A DNA stretch of 63,789 bases, filler included, from Kipferlia bialata (GCA_003568945.1; 6 parts of 6 records of this genome joined end to end with filler, not necessarily neighbours in it), one strand, 5' to 3'; counted from the first letter of the whole stretch, positions 32,757 to 49,239 are shown. The notes: generated by a model from the sequence alone, not told the origin. Numbers and translations: made by a program.

Positions 32757-35700
32757 GACGCCTTCACCGGGTATCCATCACACTCACCATCCTGGCTGTG
32801 CATATATGTATATGTTTCTAGTGTTACCCATATATTTGTATCTACTATCAGACTCTACATAGGCGGCTGCACAGGGTATCCATCACACTAACGATCCTTG
32901 CTGTGCTTGTACTGGTAGTGGGGCCACTGGCCATTGTGACACTAGTCACTGGAATGTACAGGTACATACACCCTATGGTATGAATCTAGCCTATACTATC
33001 TCTATCCTTCTACCTCTAACCCCAGTCTCTCCGGGCACATATCCACTGATGGGGCATCAATCGACAGTCTCATATCGTCACATGTAAGTGGTTACCTATC
33101 GCCTACTGAAAGAGAAATGAATGCATATAGAGACTCAATACATCACTAGCGGTATCCTGCAAGCCTTTGTCTCATAGTCTCACTGAGCTTGCCATCTGTC
33201 TCGTATACTCTCAGTTGCTCACACATCCAGGCTGAGATGTGCTCCGCCCACTCCAGTCTATGTGAGGCGCAGGTACCATGTGTATATGCATATTCATTTA
33301 CACATGTACTTATCCAGATGTGTATGCATATGCATTTACACATGTACTTAACCGGATCTATAGATATACTGTTGATAGCGCACTCTCTGTGCAACACAGG
33401 TAGAGACATGTGGTATGCACTCTATTGGATTAGTGCTGGGCAAGGGTCAATACACTATACCCTTATGTACACTAAGTTGTATGGATAGTTCTGGTATGTT
33501 CTTCACTTCCTTCCTGACACCTAACTCCTAATTGTCCTACCAACTATATATGCATATACATGAATTCCTGCACTGTTCTATACTCTGATATCCTGTACAT
33601 TTACTTGCCTTCTCACCCAGGCTACTCTCAGTTCCACTGTTGCAGACCTAAAGGCGTCTAGCAATTCAGGTACCATCGCGAACTCATTGCTATCTCATCC
33701 TGAGTGGGGAGTGTATATATAAGAATTTGGTCTAAGTTCTAATGGGGCGTTGTATAGTATATATATTGTATATATGGTAGTATATATATGTATTGTACTG
33801 AACTACAGGCACTGGTGCATGCCAGTGTGTGCCAGAGGAGGTGCTGCCATATACGCTCAATGATGATAGGTATGTGACAAGACAGTTAAACATAAAAGAC
33901 AACAAGAATTCTTATTATTTTTCTGTATCTGACACTCAATGATGATAGGTATGTGACACGCCATCTGGACGTGTCGCTATCATTGGAGAGTGACCATTCA
34001 TGTATGTGTGCGTATGTATATTCTTGGTTGGTGTCACTTATGACAGGGTGCTGGCCAGGGGTAGAGCAGTCCTCAACAACCTCATATACGTATATATACA
34101 CATATATATATGAGTATGTATGGGTGCAAGTGTGGATTCTACTACTAACAACAGAGTGCTGGCCAAGGGCAGAGCTGTCCTCAACACCCTCATATACGTA
34201 CATGTATATATATATATTTATATATATGAGTATGTATGGGTGCTAGTGTGGATACTACTAACTCTAGAGTACTGGCCAAGGGTAGGGCTGTCCTCAACTC
34301 CCTGATAGATAGTGGGAAGGCCAGGGTCTGTGTGCTGGGGGACAGGTACCACTCTGTTTATATGGCAGATACAGTATATATATTCATAGGAAAGTCCTCC
34401 TGTCCCTAATTCAATCACTATGTTATATATCATGTATATATATGAAGTAGTATCTATATATTCTAAGTTGCATAGTATCTCTCTTCACTCAACACTTCGG
34501 TTGATGGAGTAGTATATGGCAGTACCATATATGTATATAGGGATATATATGAATAGAGATTTACATATAGTTTTTGTCACTCTATTCATGGTAGTGCATA
34601 TACTCTGGACACTACTCCTTACCCTTAGCACTGAAGTGGATGGGGTTGTCTATGGCAGCACTAGCTCAGGGTCATTCGGGGCACTCACACACTACGCGAT
34701 GATTAAGGTGTACATTGATGTATACTCATATACATAAACACACATATGATCATAAGTATGGCTCTTCTTCCTTTTCATTTTCATGTCTCTCTCTTCCTAT
34801 CTCAGCACGACCCTCTGTTCATACCGATATCCTCCAGTGAATACCCTGTGTCACTAGCCTATGGTGGCGATACCAGTGTCTACACCTCTCTGGGGTCCCT
34901 GCCATTTGACTCGTGGCAGGCAACAAAGGTATTGTACTTCCATATATATACATTCCACTAGGCAGCTGTGGATACTGAATTGCTGTATACACCCCCCTGG
35001 GCTCGCTGTCATTTCGTTGGCTGGCAACTACGTATTTTTACCATAATTATACAGTGGTATGTATACTCTACTGTATCATACTTGGTTTGTATGGTGTACT
35101 ACATTATGGTATACTTCGCTTACCATCAGGGCACTCAGCCCGTGATCCAGACCACCCTATCCACACCATCTGTGACATCCTTTGAGACACCATCCGTGAC
35201 ATGCTTCGAGACAGTCACCATGTACATCAATGAGAGGACAGCTGATGCAGCTGCAGTGTTCAGAGCCACTGTCACTGACTGCACCAGTGGTGTAGTGCTA
35301 TATCAAGGTATGAGAGTGTCACAGGATCCTTTCAATGTGTTAATACTGCCCTGCTACATATATATGTGGTTTTGTCTTATATCAAGGTACACGAATGGCA
35401 GTATCTCACTGTGTCTAGTAAGAGCCCTTTCCCTATGGCTTTCATTATTCTAACTGCCAGGTGTCCTAGACTCCTACACTGCCCCTGATGTCTACAAGGG
35501 TGTGGATGTCAGTGTCATATGCACATGTATATATAGTGCATTATATTCACACTTCTTATAATGCCAGGTGTCATAGACTCCTACACTGCCCCTGATGTAT
35601 ACAAGGGTGTGGATGTCAGTGTCATATCTAGAGTGGCCAAGCTCACTGTGCCATTGAGTGCCCCGTCAGTGTGTGCCACGCTGACACTGGGTGAGTTATC

Positions 35701-37466
35701 TATCTCCCTCTCTGTCTCTTTCTCGTGGTCTCTATATTACTATCTCACCATAGACCAGTTTGACACCCTCCCCCGTACGACAGGTGGCATTGCCAGGATT
35801 ACTCTCTCTAGTTTACATATACATGTACTAATATACATGTCTCACTCACTCTCACTTCAGATGAATTTGACACCCTACCTCGTACAACAGGTGGCACTGC
35901 CAGGGGTGATGGCACAGTGGCATTCTACGGATTTGCTCTTGGAAATGGTGAGTGCACTACTATTCCGGAGCGTCACTTACTGATATGTCAGTCCTCATTT
36001 AGTGATATATATATTTTAGTCCTTTAACTCTCAGGTGTAGCCTTCCACAGCCTTGCTGTCTCCTCCACCACCCTGCTTGAGGACTCTGCTGCCAATGTGT
36101 ACAGAGGGGTGTCAACATCAGAGAGACTCGGAGTGGCTAGGTATGAATGGATAAAAACATATGTATCCAGTATCTATACAACCTATTTGGTGGTGTTTAA
36201 GAATCTAGTATATTTCTATTATGTGGCAGACACTTTTGGTTGTAGTATCCATATCATTGGATGTAAGCTATGGGATATTTCTCACTCCTAGGTCACTTGA
36301 CTGCAATGTATACATCATTGGGTGGTGCACCAATGACTCTAAGGCAGGGGTATCGACAAAGCAAGGCTTTAGGCATCAGGTATAGTCTATATACATATAT
36401 ATACCATTTATACATCGTTGGCTGGTGCACCAATGACTCTAAGGCATGGGTATCAACAAAGCAAGGCTTTAGGCATTAGGGATAATGTAGATATATATAG
36501 ATTTATATATTTGTGGGTGGTGCATCAACAACTCCAAAGCAGGGGTGTCCACCAGACAGGGGTTCAGACATCAGGTACTGTTAGGATTCATGTATATACG
36601 TCAATTTTTGTTTTGGAATTGAACATATCCGATTACTTTGGCTATGGTGTCCACCAGACAGGGGTTCAGGTGTATGTGTGTGTGTATCTCTATATGGAGG
36701 AGTACATATTGGTTATACTATATGGCACACATATATGTGACAGATTTTACTTGGTTCTTGACCATCACTGATACCAGTACAGTACACTCCTGACCGACAT
36801 GGAAACTATACAGTCTACGCTACGTTTCTCACACTACGTGTATATCTAGTGACACTCATACCAGTACATTACACTCCTGTCCAGCATTGAGTCTGGTCTG
36901 CCAGATGGGGAGAGTCTGGTGGTCATGGCCACAGACCCTAGGTACTTCATGCTAACTACACATATACATAGGTGTCAGTATTCTTGTAATGCATAATATT
37001 TCGTTATGGGTGCACGTATCATTCACTGACCCCAGGGGCAAGGAGGGCTCGGCATACGTGAACAACCCAGAGTACAATGCTGTGGTACGTCATGTTGACC
37101 GTATGTTCCTCACCTCCAGTCAATATATGTAGTATAGGATTATAGGTCATGCAGTCATACGGTATGTTGACTATTTGACCTCTTCTTTCCAACTTTCAGG
37201 TCAGAGAACTGGCCACCTCCACCGGTCACATTCTACTCATTCTACTTATTTTCCAATCTATTTGATCTATTCATGCCTCGATTGCCAGTTCTTAGCTCTC
37301 TAACCTCCAGGTCAGAGAGCTAGCCACCTCCTCCGGTCACATCCTCCTTGATGTTGAAGCACTCTCTGATGTGTCTGATGCCTCATTCTACAGAGACTCT
37401 GTGCACCCATCACAAACAGGGAGAGTGGTCATAGCAGAAGCACTGAACTCTCTACTCGGTCTCTGA
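32757..37466 (+). CDS. SGNH/GDSL-family hydrolase with an N-terminal TM anchor, multi-exon, start uncertain
   Basis: Block I ARVCVLGDS|TE (~34320), block III YIIGWCTND (~36310), block V FYRDSVHPSQTG (~37390); TM-like VVGPLAIVTLVTG; ends LLGL-TGA. Confidence 0.75.
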
Positions 37467-37722
37467 GTACAGGGAGGGAGGTTGTTGCACAGGAGCTAAA
37501 CACTTTGCTTGGTCTGTATATATAACCCATTGAATATAACCACTATACCCGACTCCTACTTGGAGTATAACGATTTCTACATGTAACAATAGACTGCTCG
37601 TATGTCATATAGAGTCTTCATATTGTGATGGTCATTTACATAACGCCGTGAAACCTTTTCCATGCTAGATCCCACCACCATATGTCATACTCGGACATCT
37701 ATTAGTTACCACTCTGTCACCA

Positions 37723-39203
37723 TCACTCTACAATTGCGTATGCATAGTCCTCCTGTGTAGTGAGGGCAAATGCATCATAGAGCTCGGTTGCATTATCGTC
37801 TGCAACGTGGTAGTAGGTATCGACAAGGTGTGGTGTGTGGGTCGAGCACCAGAAGCTGTGACGGGGACGTGGCTGAGGGTAAGAATAGTATGAATCGTAA
37901 ATACTATATATAGTATACTGGCTGTATATATATACCTCATGTGCTGGATCAGGCAGACTGTCTCTCTTTCACTCTGATTACTCATATTATGGACTGTAAT
38001 ATATACTACTACACTGGTATTGTATATGTATATATATACCTCTGGTGCTGGGTCGGGCAGGCTGTCTCTCTTTGACTGTGCCCAGGGTGTGTCCTCTAGA
38101 TCCTCCTCCTCGTTGGGCACATACTCCCTCAGTGTCTCCATCATGGCTAAGGGGTGGGAGGATAAGTAAGAATATTGGGTATGATACTGCATTCAGAAAG
38201 AGAACAGTATGTGTCAGCCTGACAGTGTCAGCCAAGACAATTGCAATAGAGTCATCGCTTAATGCTACCTGATGCCTTGCGTATGAGGTCCAGAGGCATC
38301 TTGAACTCTCCGTACAGGAGGTCAGCACAGGGACCAAGACCTGCTACGTCCAGAAGCCCGCAGGTCTTCGCATCCAGAACCTGAGGATAAGGGGGAGGAT
38401 TTAGAGGCACAATGGATCCTATTATGTGAAGTGTCTTGCACAATATCCACTATATATATTGAGAGAACTTACCATACAGCACCAGAGATGGAGTGGACTA
38501 TCAGGCAGACTTAGGGGGAAAGAATTAAGGGGGGGGGAATGATCAATATGTATAATTATTATCCAGTATACTAACTTCTGTTGACGGGGGGGGGCATGTG
38601 TCACCATCTCGTATACCTTCTGCTTCACCATCATGTATGAATATGTACGAGAATAGTCCGTATACTCAATATGTCATGTATGTCTACTATATACTATGCC
38701 ATATATTGTATAGTGTATAATGTACCTTCTGCTTCACCATCATGTTGGACATCCACCTCTTAGGGGGACAGCAGCTGACAATGGCAGCGATCATGGACAT
38801 ACTATATAGTAATATATATATATATATCATGTATACTGTAATAGTGTATATTGTATCTGTACAACATGATGGTGAAGCAGAAGGTACATCCACCTCTTGG
38901 GGGGACAGCAGCTGACAATGGCAGCGAGGGTCTCTGGGGTGTCTTGGCCAAGTGCTGTCAGGCGCCTGTATGCCGCAATGAACAGGGGAGGGAACATGCC
39001 TGCATATTAGATTACTATTAGTATATTTTAGAGGGTATATATACGTATACTCTATCTATTCTTGAGTACTTACATGGCCATGCATCACCACTCCCTAGGT
39101 CCACCCAGGTGATGACGTTATCCTCAGTGTTGTACTTGGGGTCTAGTCGAATGTCTGGGGTACCGTCAGGTAGGGTGCGAAAGAAGGTAATGGATCTGCC
39201 CAT
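37723..39203 (-). CDS. Hypothetical multi-exon protein
   Basis: MGRSITFFRTLPDGTPDIRLDPKY...; VLDAKTCGLLDVAGLGPCADLLYGEF; AMMETLREYVPNEEED; ends AYAIVE-TGA. GT-AG borders; no family recognised. Confidence 0.55.
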
Positions 39204-39893
39204 CTCTAAGAGAGTCTTGTTCAGAGAAGAGAGAGCGGGAGGCTTAGCAAGGCGCAGTGCCGTCCGGTTTTCAGAATCGGAGAACGTTTAAGGACCAACG
39301 GTAGATATCGCTCTATATAGTATAGTAGCTAATATTATACTAGACTAGTATAGTATACCCCAATCAACGCCGTGCGGAGGGTCAACTACGTGTGTGATGG
39401 GAACTATTACCTGTCTGCACTGAGAGACTGGGGTCACTATTGTTTGACATGTAAAGTGTATTCCTGAGCAGATCCTAATCAAGTCCCGGTCTCGACGTGT
39501 ACCAGGTCCTCTTACGACATGTATGAACACTCTCCATGTGTCTTAAGGGAGCCGGAAACACCAAGGTAAGACTCTTACCGTAAGAGGATATTCTTTTTGG
39601 TCTGGACCCTTTTATCATTGCTGACCTGTGACATGGTGAGGGTCCTCTCTTCACGGGTTGTGATATGCGTGTCGTTGCCCTCTGTGTGCTGCTCTTGTGC
39701 ACATGGTGCCTGGCAGAGACATTCGGTTCCTATACTGAGGGACAGCTCGGCAGCTCGTGCAGATACAACAAGTGAGTACCTTGAGTAAGATCAGTATGTA
39801 ACACCCTACCCTTAGAGTATGTCGATAAAGTGGATACGTGTATGTGATTGACTGTACTGTGACCCTTAGGACTATAGTACTCACACTACACAG

Positions 39894-39941
<48 letters not shown>

Positions 39942-40041
39942 NNNNNNNNNNNNNNNNNNNNNNNNNNNNNNNNNNNNNNNNNNNNTTAATTAATTAANNN
40001 NNNNNNNNNNNNNNNNNNNNNNNNNNNNNNNNNNNNNNNNN

Positions 40042-42184
40042 ATGTCCTGTCTGCCCTGAGACTGCTGCTAGACACAGGGGAGCTGTCACTAGGTATATAT
40101 ACATAGAGATGTGTATTCATTTATAAGTGTGTATGTATAGCTACCCCTCACTCCCCAGGTGCCGGTAGACAGAGTGTCAAGAAGCACCCCAGGTTCCTGG
40201 TCCTCACAACGGCCAGAACCAGTCCCGCTAGGTAGGGGTATGATATAATAGAGACCCATATATATATATATACGTGTGTGTGTATTTAATATACCACCAC
40301 AGCCAGTACCAGTCCCGCTAGGTATGGGTATGGTTGTGCAAGACTATATATATATATGAATTTCATTGGTGTGTAGTAGTATATTGCTGACCCCAGGACC
40401 CCTGGTCCCTTCATCCCCCAGGCTGTGGAGTCCCCACTGCCGGCATCCTTTGCATCCAGGTACTCTCTCTCTCTCTATTGATATGTTTCTGTGACTGGTA
40501 GGACACATAGTCACCCTCGTCTCCGGTTCAGAGAGTGTGATCTCTCTCTCCCTCTCACTCCCCCCCCCCTCTTCCCCTCTCTCTCCCCCCCCTCTCCCCC
40601 TCTCTCATGTTCAGGTTCATCAGCATCCCCCTGCCCCCCATGGACACCAGGGCACTCACACACTGTCTGGAGGTATGGTGTACCATGTATTGAATATATA
40701 TGTATACCAGTGTATATCCTACTCTGTACACATATATCTCCTCCATGGACACCAGGGCACTCACACACTGTCTGGAGGTATATTTTGTATATTTAGTACT
40801 GCTCCCATTCAATATATTCGATACTATAGGTGACTGTCTGACACACTGTCTGGGGGTATGGGGTATCATGTATTGTATATATATACCAATACATATCCCA
40901 CTCTATTCATATATATCTCCTCCATGGACACCAGAGCACTCACACACTGTCTGGAGGTGGAGTTTATCATAGTGGGGTCATTCTTATATATTGTGTATCA
41001 TGAATGGTGCACATATCCTCTTTGCATCTAGTATCTAACCCCAGGGCACCCTAGGGTCATTCTTATGTGATTTGTATTGTATATGAATAACATGTATTCA
41101 TTGTATGTATTATAGTATAACCCCAGGGCACCCTAGGCGACAGGTATGTATCATATACACTATATTTCATTACATATCTAATAGACTAACTATTAATCTG
41201 TATTATAGTTATATATCTAATCACAGCACCAACTGTTAGTAAATGTATTATAGTATCTAACCCCAGGGCACCCTGGGCGACAGTCTGGCCAGGCTGCTAG
41301 GGGGTGTATCCAATGCACTCATCAACATGGGGCACGTCTCGTCAGGTACATATGTACAATGTGTATATATATTTCCAATGTACCTATTTTCAATATACTA
41401 AATACCCATATACCCAGTCATCAACATGGGTCACGTCTCATAGTATGTGCACAGAATATATATTCCTATATCTATTGCATACTTTCTACTTACTCCAGGC
41501 TCCCTCTGTGGCACTGGGACTGCCACACCAGCCGAGTATGCATCAGGTGAGGATATATCTATGTATATATATATATATATATATCTATATTGACAACACA
41601 CCAGCTGAGTATGCATCAGGTGGGTGAATGTAACGGTATCGTTTTCATAGTGTTAGACCTATCAGACATTCAAATATATATTATGTGAGTGTATGTATCT
41701 AACCCCAGTTGATGATGCCCCCACTGTCCAGGCAGACACCATGTATATATACATACACATACATACATATGTATGTATATATCTAACCCCAGTTGATGAT
41801 GCCCCCACTGTCCAGGCTAATACCAAGTATATATATATATATATAATTATATGTATCTATCTATCTAACCCATAGCCGAGGATACCCCTTCTGTCCAGGC
41901 TGACACCAAGGGCCTCACACGCTCAGAGGGAGGGGGGAGGTGAGGCAGCCACTCCATGTAGATTTACATGACTATCCATAGTATTATACCACCAATACCA
42001 CTATGTATATATCTATGTCACCAAGGGACTCACACGCTCAGAGGGAGGGGGGAGGTGAGACACTCAGTCTGTACAGATATGTATACATATTGTACTTCTG
42101 AATCCTTTGTTGTTGTTATTTTGTATATACCATCATACCCCCTCATCCCTAGGCTCTAAAGTCAGTGACGGTATGAGTATTATG

Positions 42185-42215
<31 letters not shown>

Positions 42216-43045
42216 GTATTGATACACGTATCTATTGTGCATGTAACTGACCCCCAGGCTCCCCACCGTGAGTGATGTGTTCAGGGTCAGTGACAGTATG
42301 AGTATTGTATATATATGTATTATTCTAATTATAGTGTATCATTTCCCTACATATGTATATATATATATATATATAGTATAATTATATATATTTCAAGGTT
42401 ATCATTTATATGGTGGTATATATAGTCATATACCATCCTTTTCCATATGCCTCAGACAGACGTGGCAGACAGGTACAGAGTATATAGATGTCGATGGAGT
42501 ATTATATGGGTGGAATATTTTTGTATTACTTACTCTCAGGTACATCAAGGATGTTGTGTACCCCCTGTTCCCCCAACTGACCACCCGGGATGGAAGGGGG
42601 TTCGTGGAGAGACAGGTATGTATATGAGTGTATGCTACTACTCCATTGTATCCTATGGATGTACATTATATGTGTTAAAGAATCCATGTACACTATGAGT
42701 ATGCGTCTCTTACTTCATGTCACTGAGCCAGGTCTCTAGGTATATGGATGCCAGTTTATCATGATGTGTGTGTATTCCCTTGTTCATCATTCTACATTAA
42801 GTGTGTGTCCTACCTTACTGATGATACTGTGACTGTAGAGCCCACCCCCATGTATATATCTTACTCTCTAACTCGCCTAGGTCTCTGTGACTGTAGAGCC
42901 TACCCCCTCCAATGCAGGCAATGAGTTGGTCATTAGGGCAGGTACATGGATTCCTTTGTTGTTCTATTCAATACTGCATTAATACACCGACCTGTTCAAG
43001 CCTTACCCCCCAAGTTCCAAGAAAGCCTATGGCCACTCCTCCTCC

Positions 43046-43086
<41 letters not shown>

Positions 43087-44357
43087 AACTTATACATACA
43101 TACATTTACCCCCCAGGTTCCAAGAATGCCTATGGCCACTCCTCGTCTCTATCGATGCCCATCCTGTCCAGTGCATTGCCCAGTGCATCCAACCCACTCA
43201 GCCCATACATATGCACACCGGCATCAAGCAGGTACATATATACTATATACCATGTGCATCCAACCCACTCAGCCCATACATATGCACACCGGCATCTAGC
43301 AGGTATTTAGCAGTATATAGCTGGGATTCTACCACGAATGCAAATAGCTGTGGTTCATTGCGAAACTGTATCTGACCCTCTTAGGCTGGTGGACACCTTC
43401 GCCAGGGTCATCTACATTCATACTTGTATAAACCCCATTCTATATATAGTATAGTATGATAGTATCTGACCCATTAGGCTGGTTGATACCTTTGCCAGGG
43501 CCATCACAGCCTGTGAGCCCGTGCTTCTGGTGGGAGAGACCGGTATCGGAAAGACTGCGGTGGTGCAGGTACTGCAATGCTTGTATATGTGTGGAGTTTT
43601 CTCTTTCATACACTAATACCCCCAGGCCCTTGCCAAGGCCGTCGGCATCCCCCTCTCTGTCAACAACCTGTCCCAGCAGACAGACGTCGCAGACCTACTA
43701 GGTCGGTTATGTATACATTCATATATAGTATGCATGTTATGCCCCCTTCTTTCCCCCGTCCAACACCCAGGTGGATTCAAGCCCGTGACTGCTGACTCCC
43801 TCGTCCACGATGTCTCCAACAGGATGATCCACCTGCTGTCCTGCCTCACACTCAGTGCCAGCAAGGAGGTAAGGGTGTACATATTTATGTATATATATAT
43901 ATGTATATGGTATGGTAGATCATCATTCTGCCTCACACTCAGAGGTATATATGTTCATAGTGTATATATTGAATACCACCCCACCCCTCCCTCTATCTAC
44001 CTGTCTCCCTAACCATCTAGGGCGAGGCCCCCCTGCTGCAGCAGAAGGACAAGATCCTGACATCGGCATACAAGGTGGGGAAGGGATTGTATGAAGTATG
44101 AGTAGTATATGTTGGTGTATACTGATACTGATTCTGACATCGGCATACAAGGTGGGGTTGAGGTGCACACATATTTGGGATAAATGGATGAACCCATCGT
44201 GTATTGGGTCTGGGTGTGTCTGTACTGTCTGTCTGTACCTTCTGACGCTAGGCCCTCAGCAAGAGGGGCAAGAACTACAAGAAGAAGATCTGCAACCTGT
44301 GCAACCACGCTATGAAGCTGTTCCAGCAGTACAAGGTATATCGAGTGTATCTATGCT

Positions 44358-44403
<46 letters not shown>

Positions 44404-46311
44404 ACTGAATCTGTTCTGTGCATGCATACGCCCTGAGTTGCTGTTGATCACTTTCTCCATGTCTATAGCTATTTGTAATTGACTCGCCTTACCCCCAGGA
44501 CCTCCCCAGGCCCTCTGGTGCTGAGGGAGACAGGGAGAGAGAGAGCGTGTCCCTGCAGGAGGATGGCTGGATGGACCTCAAGAGGGTGGTCGGTACGATA
44601 TATAGATATATATCATCGTATATATCATCATATATATATATAGAGAGAGTTATGCATACGTGTCAAGAGGATGGCTGGCTGGATACTCTCTCTCTCTCCC
44701 TCTCTCCCTCCCCTCCTCACCCCAGTCAAGCTCCATGCCTTCCTCAAGACATCATCGGACAGGGAGAGGGCAAAGATGTTCCACTTTGTAGAGGTGTGAG
44801 GATATATTTATATATTCTTCATTAGTACCCTTTGGCCGAGGTATTAGAGTCGCACGTGATATTTGCACCCAGGGAGTAATAGTATATATATATATGTGTG
44901 TGTGTGTATACTGTAGTAAACACACTGACCCCAGGGCAGTATGGTGCGTGCTCTCAGGGAGGGCCACTGGATACTGCTGGATGAGATCAACCTGGCATCC
45001 AGCGAGGTGCTCCACAGGATAGGTGTGTAAATACACTACTATTGAGAATATTCCATTGTATATTCCCTTTTGGATATATATCTATTGTACTGTACACATA
45101 TACATCCAGCGAGGTGCTCCACATGTGTAGGTTTGTTATCTGTTAATATCTTAACTTGATGAGACAATTCAATTGTATATGTATATGTATATTTCTCTAT
45201 GAATACACACATATTCCTCACCCTCCAGGCACCATCCTCAACGGTGCCACTGGCAGCATCACCCTGGCAGAGAGGGGGGACAACAGATCGGTCAGACGCC
45301 ACCCCAACTTCAGGTATGACTCTCTCTCTTAATATCTATATTTGTATAACTCTTTCACACACACACTCGCTCTCTCCCTCTCTTTGTCTTGATGCAACTC
45401 CCACTCACCCTAGGCTGATTGGTGTCATGAACCCCCCCACTGATGTGGGCAAGAAGGAACTGCCAACATCAGTCAGGTCAAGGTTCAGCGAGATATACGT
45501 GCACGAGCTCTCAACAAAGGTATGAACGACAAATACACATATGTATGACTATTTATTCATAGATTGGGTGTACTGACTCTCAGGAGGACCTCTCTCAGCT
45601 TGTCACAGGAGTACTGAACAATGCATCTGTAGGGGTACCCGTCCCAGTCATTGTGGACACATACCTGGGTATCCATATCATTACTCCTAGACTATGTATA
45701 TGTATATATGTATATAAATATATTTTAAGATTGAGTCCATTTGTGTGTATTGTACAGTTTACATCTATCTTCTCTGACCCTAGGCCTGCGTGAGATGAGT
45801 GGGTCTGTGCTCAAGGACGCAGAGGGCCAGAAGCCAATCATTACAATCAGGTGGGTGGATATATACAAATGCTTCATTGGATTGATAATACACTTCTTTC
45901 CACATCACCACTCTATGTGGTTATTCTCACGCCCCAGGTCTCTGTGCCGCGCCCTGTCGTTCATATATTGTATTATATACATTGTATTGTGTTTAGTATA
46001 GTATCTAGCATATATATATATATATATAACCCCAGGTCTCTGTGCCGTGCCCTGTCCTTCACCAAGGACTGTCTCAGACTCAAGGGAATGCCAGTCAGAC
46101 AGGTGTGTATGTAGTTTATAAATATATATACATCCATATAGTGACATCCTTGACTATTTGTCCCCATATGCCCCCTCCCCCCCCCTTCTTCCCTCACCCT
46201 CAGGCCCTGTATGGAGGTTTTGTGACTGCCTTTCTGACCACCCTCTCTCTCTCTCTCTCTCTCTCTCACCCACAGGCCCTGTATGAGGGATTTGTGACTG
46301 CCTTCCTGACC

Positions 46312-46357
<46 letters not shown>

Positions 46358-49208
46358 TCTCCCTCACCACTAGGCCCTATACGAGGGATTCGTGACTGCC
46401 TTTCTGACCACCCTGGACATCAAGAGCAGCAGGGGGGTGGCAGACGCATACATCAGAGACGCATTCTTCACAAACAAGGCCGAGAGGAACAGCAACGTAT
46501 GTGTACACTCTATTATATGTATAAGAATTCATCATATACTCTGTTCTATATATCACATCTAACCCTAGGGCGATGGCTACCGTGAGTGGATCCAGCACAT
46601 ACTCTATATATATGTATATATATATATGTATATATACATACACACCCTAACCCCAGGGCGATGGCTACCGTGACTGGATCCAGCACATCCCCAAGGGACC
46701 CCACTCACAGACAGACGATGGGAGCTATGTGGTGACAGAGTCACTCAGCACACACCTCAGGTATGAGTATTGATATTTATATATCAATATATATGCATAT
46801 GCTCACCCCAATGAATGCAGCCTCTGTGGTCATCGGCCCATATATCTTTCTGTGTGTAGTTATATATGTGTATGTATACACTCACCCCCAGCGATGTTGC
46901 CTCTGCCGTCATCGGTTCATATTTATGTATGTATCCATACATATGAATAATTGTTCATATATGTATATATGTACGCCTAACCCCCAGGGATGTTGCCTCT
47001 GCTGTCATGGGTGGCAGGTTCCCCATCCTGCTGCAGGGCGCCACATCGACAGGTATGGGTGGATATATCGATATATATGTATGGATGGATATAGTGTATA
47101 TAACAGTATTACTACTGCAGGGTGCCACATCGACAGGTATGGATGGATATATATATATATATAGATATATATATATGTTTATATATATTAATATATATAT
47201 ATACGACAGGTATATATATATATATGAATATAGTGGATAGAACAGTATAACAAGTACATATTGATAGCTGATGTGGTAAGTACCCAAAGTATGTTTCTTC
47301 TGACCCCTAGACAAGACCAGCCTACCATGTATATGTATACATATACATATGTGTATATTAACCACCAGGCAAGACCAGCCTTGTTGCCCACCTTGCCAAG
47401 CTCTGTGGCCACACCTTTGTACGCATCAACAACCACGAGCACACAGACCTCGAGGAGTACCTCGGTATGTATCACATATTACCTATGTATATATATGTGT
47501 GTCTATACATCCTATATATATATGTGTGTATATATATATGTGTGTATCAACAACCACGAGCACACAGACCTCGAGGAGTACCTCGGTATGTGTAGTGNNN
47601 NNNNNNNNNNNNNNNNNNNNNNNNNNNNNNNNNNNNNNNNNNNNNNNNNNNNNNNNNNNNNNNNNNNNNNNNNNNNNNNNNNNNNNNNTATGTGTGTGTA
47701 TATGTATCAACAACCACGAGCACACAGACCTCGAGGAGTACCTGGGTATGTGCAGTGGACTGTGCATCAATACATCCCATATACAAATATTGTGTATATT
47801 CCTCTATGCCTCACCCCCAGGTACCTATGTGCCCACCGAGTCTGGGGGACTGAGGTTTGAGTACGGAGTGCTGGCCACAGCCGTCAAGAATGGTATGTTT
47901 TTATAAATATATATATATTTGTATGTGTTGGCCACATATGTCAAGAATGGTACGAATGTTAGTGTATGGCAAGTAGTGTGACACTATTACTTTACCTGTC
48001 CTCTATCTCTCATCCTTAGGCCACTGGTTGGTGCTTGATGAGCTGAGCTTATCCTTGTGTCTTATACACTTGTAAATACATACATAGTAACCAATCTGAC
48101 CTCTAGGCCACTGGCTGGTGCTTGATGAGCTGAACCTGGCCCCCTCTGAGGTCCTGGAGGCACTGAACAGACTGCTCGACGATAACAGGTATATACAGTA
48201 TTGATATACTGATATCTATATATAGTTATATATAGATAGTGTGGGTGGGTGTATGTGATAGAGGCCCTGAACAGACTGCTAGACGACAACAGGTGTATAT
48301 ATGTACATTCATATGGTATATACTATACTACCTATACTTTTGTATCAATGATAATGGAGGCCCTGAACAGACTGCTCGACGACAACGGGTAGCACTATTA
48401 ACAATACTATATATATACTTCAGTGTGTAATACCATATTCAAAATAGTATATTATTGACCCCAGGGAGCTCCACATCCCCGAGACCAACGAGACCATGAA
48501 GCCCCACCCCAACTTCAGACTGTTTGCAACACAGAACCCAGCAGGTATAGAGGGGCAAGAAATAAGATATATATGAATATCTCTCTGACTATTACTACTA
48601 TTGGCATGCATATGTATGTAGTGTATCCGTGTCCCACCCCAGGTGTCTACAGTGGCCGTAAGCCCCTGTCCCGTGCATTCAGGAACAGGTATGTTTGTTC
48701 GATAAATATCGTATACATGTAGTGTATATATTCGTGACATATCTGTAGTATGACTTCTCATTCCAGGTTTGGCGAGGTGCACTTCTCCCCCTTCAGTGAG
48801 GCAGAGCTCAAGAACATCCTGGAGAGGAGGACTAGGTATCGATATACTATAGTATTGAATAGTATATCATTCATATTTACGCTAGAGAGAAGGGGTAGGT
48901 ATGCACATTACTACGTGTCGATGATACCTTCCACTTACGCCAGGCTGATCCCCAAGCACTCTATCTATATATATATCTATGTGTATACTAATAGATATCA
49001 CACACACGTTCTCCCCCTCACTCCAGGCTGATCCCCAAGCACTGCACCTCCTTGATCAAGCTGCTGGGCATGCTGTCCATATACAAGGGGTCCAAGGTGC
49101 ATATATACATATATATATTATATAGATAGATAGATATATAGATACGTATATATTTACTATGCTGGGCATGCTGTCCATATACAAGGGGTCCAAGGTGCAT
49201 ATATACAC

Positions 49209-49239
<31 letters not shown>

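Noticed and set aside
39300..39941. Possible gene start at the end of contig 3
   Set aside because: No convincing spliced frame or motif.
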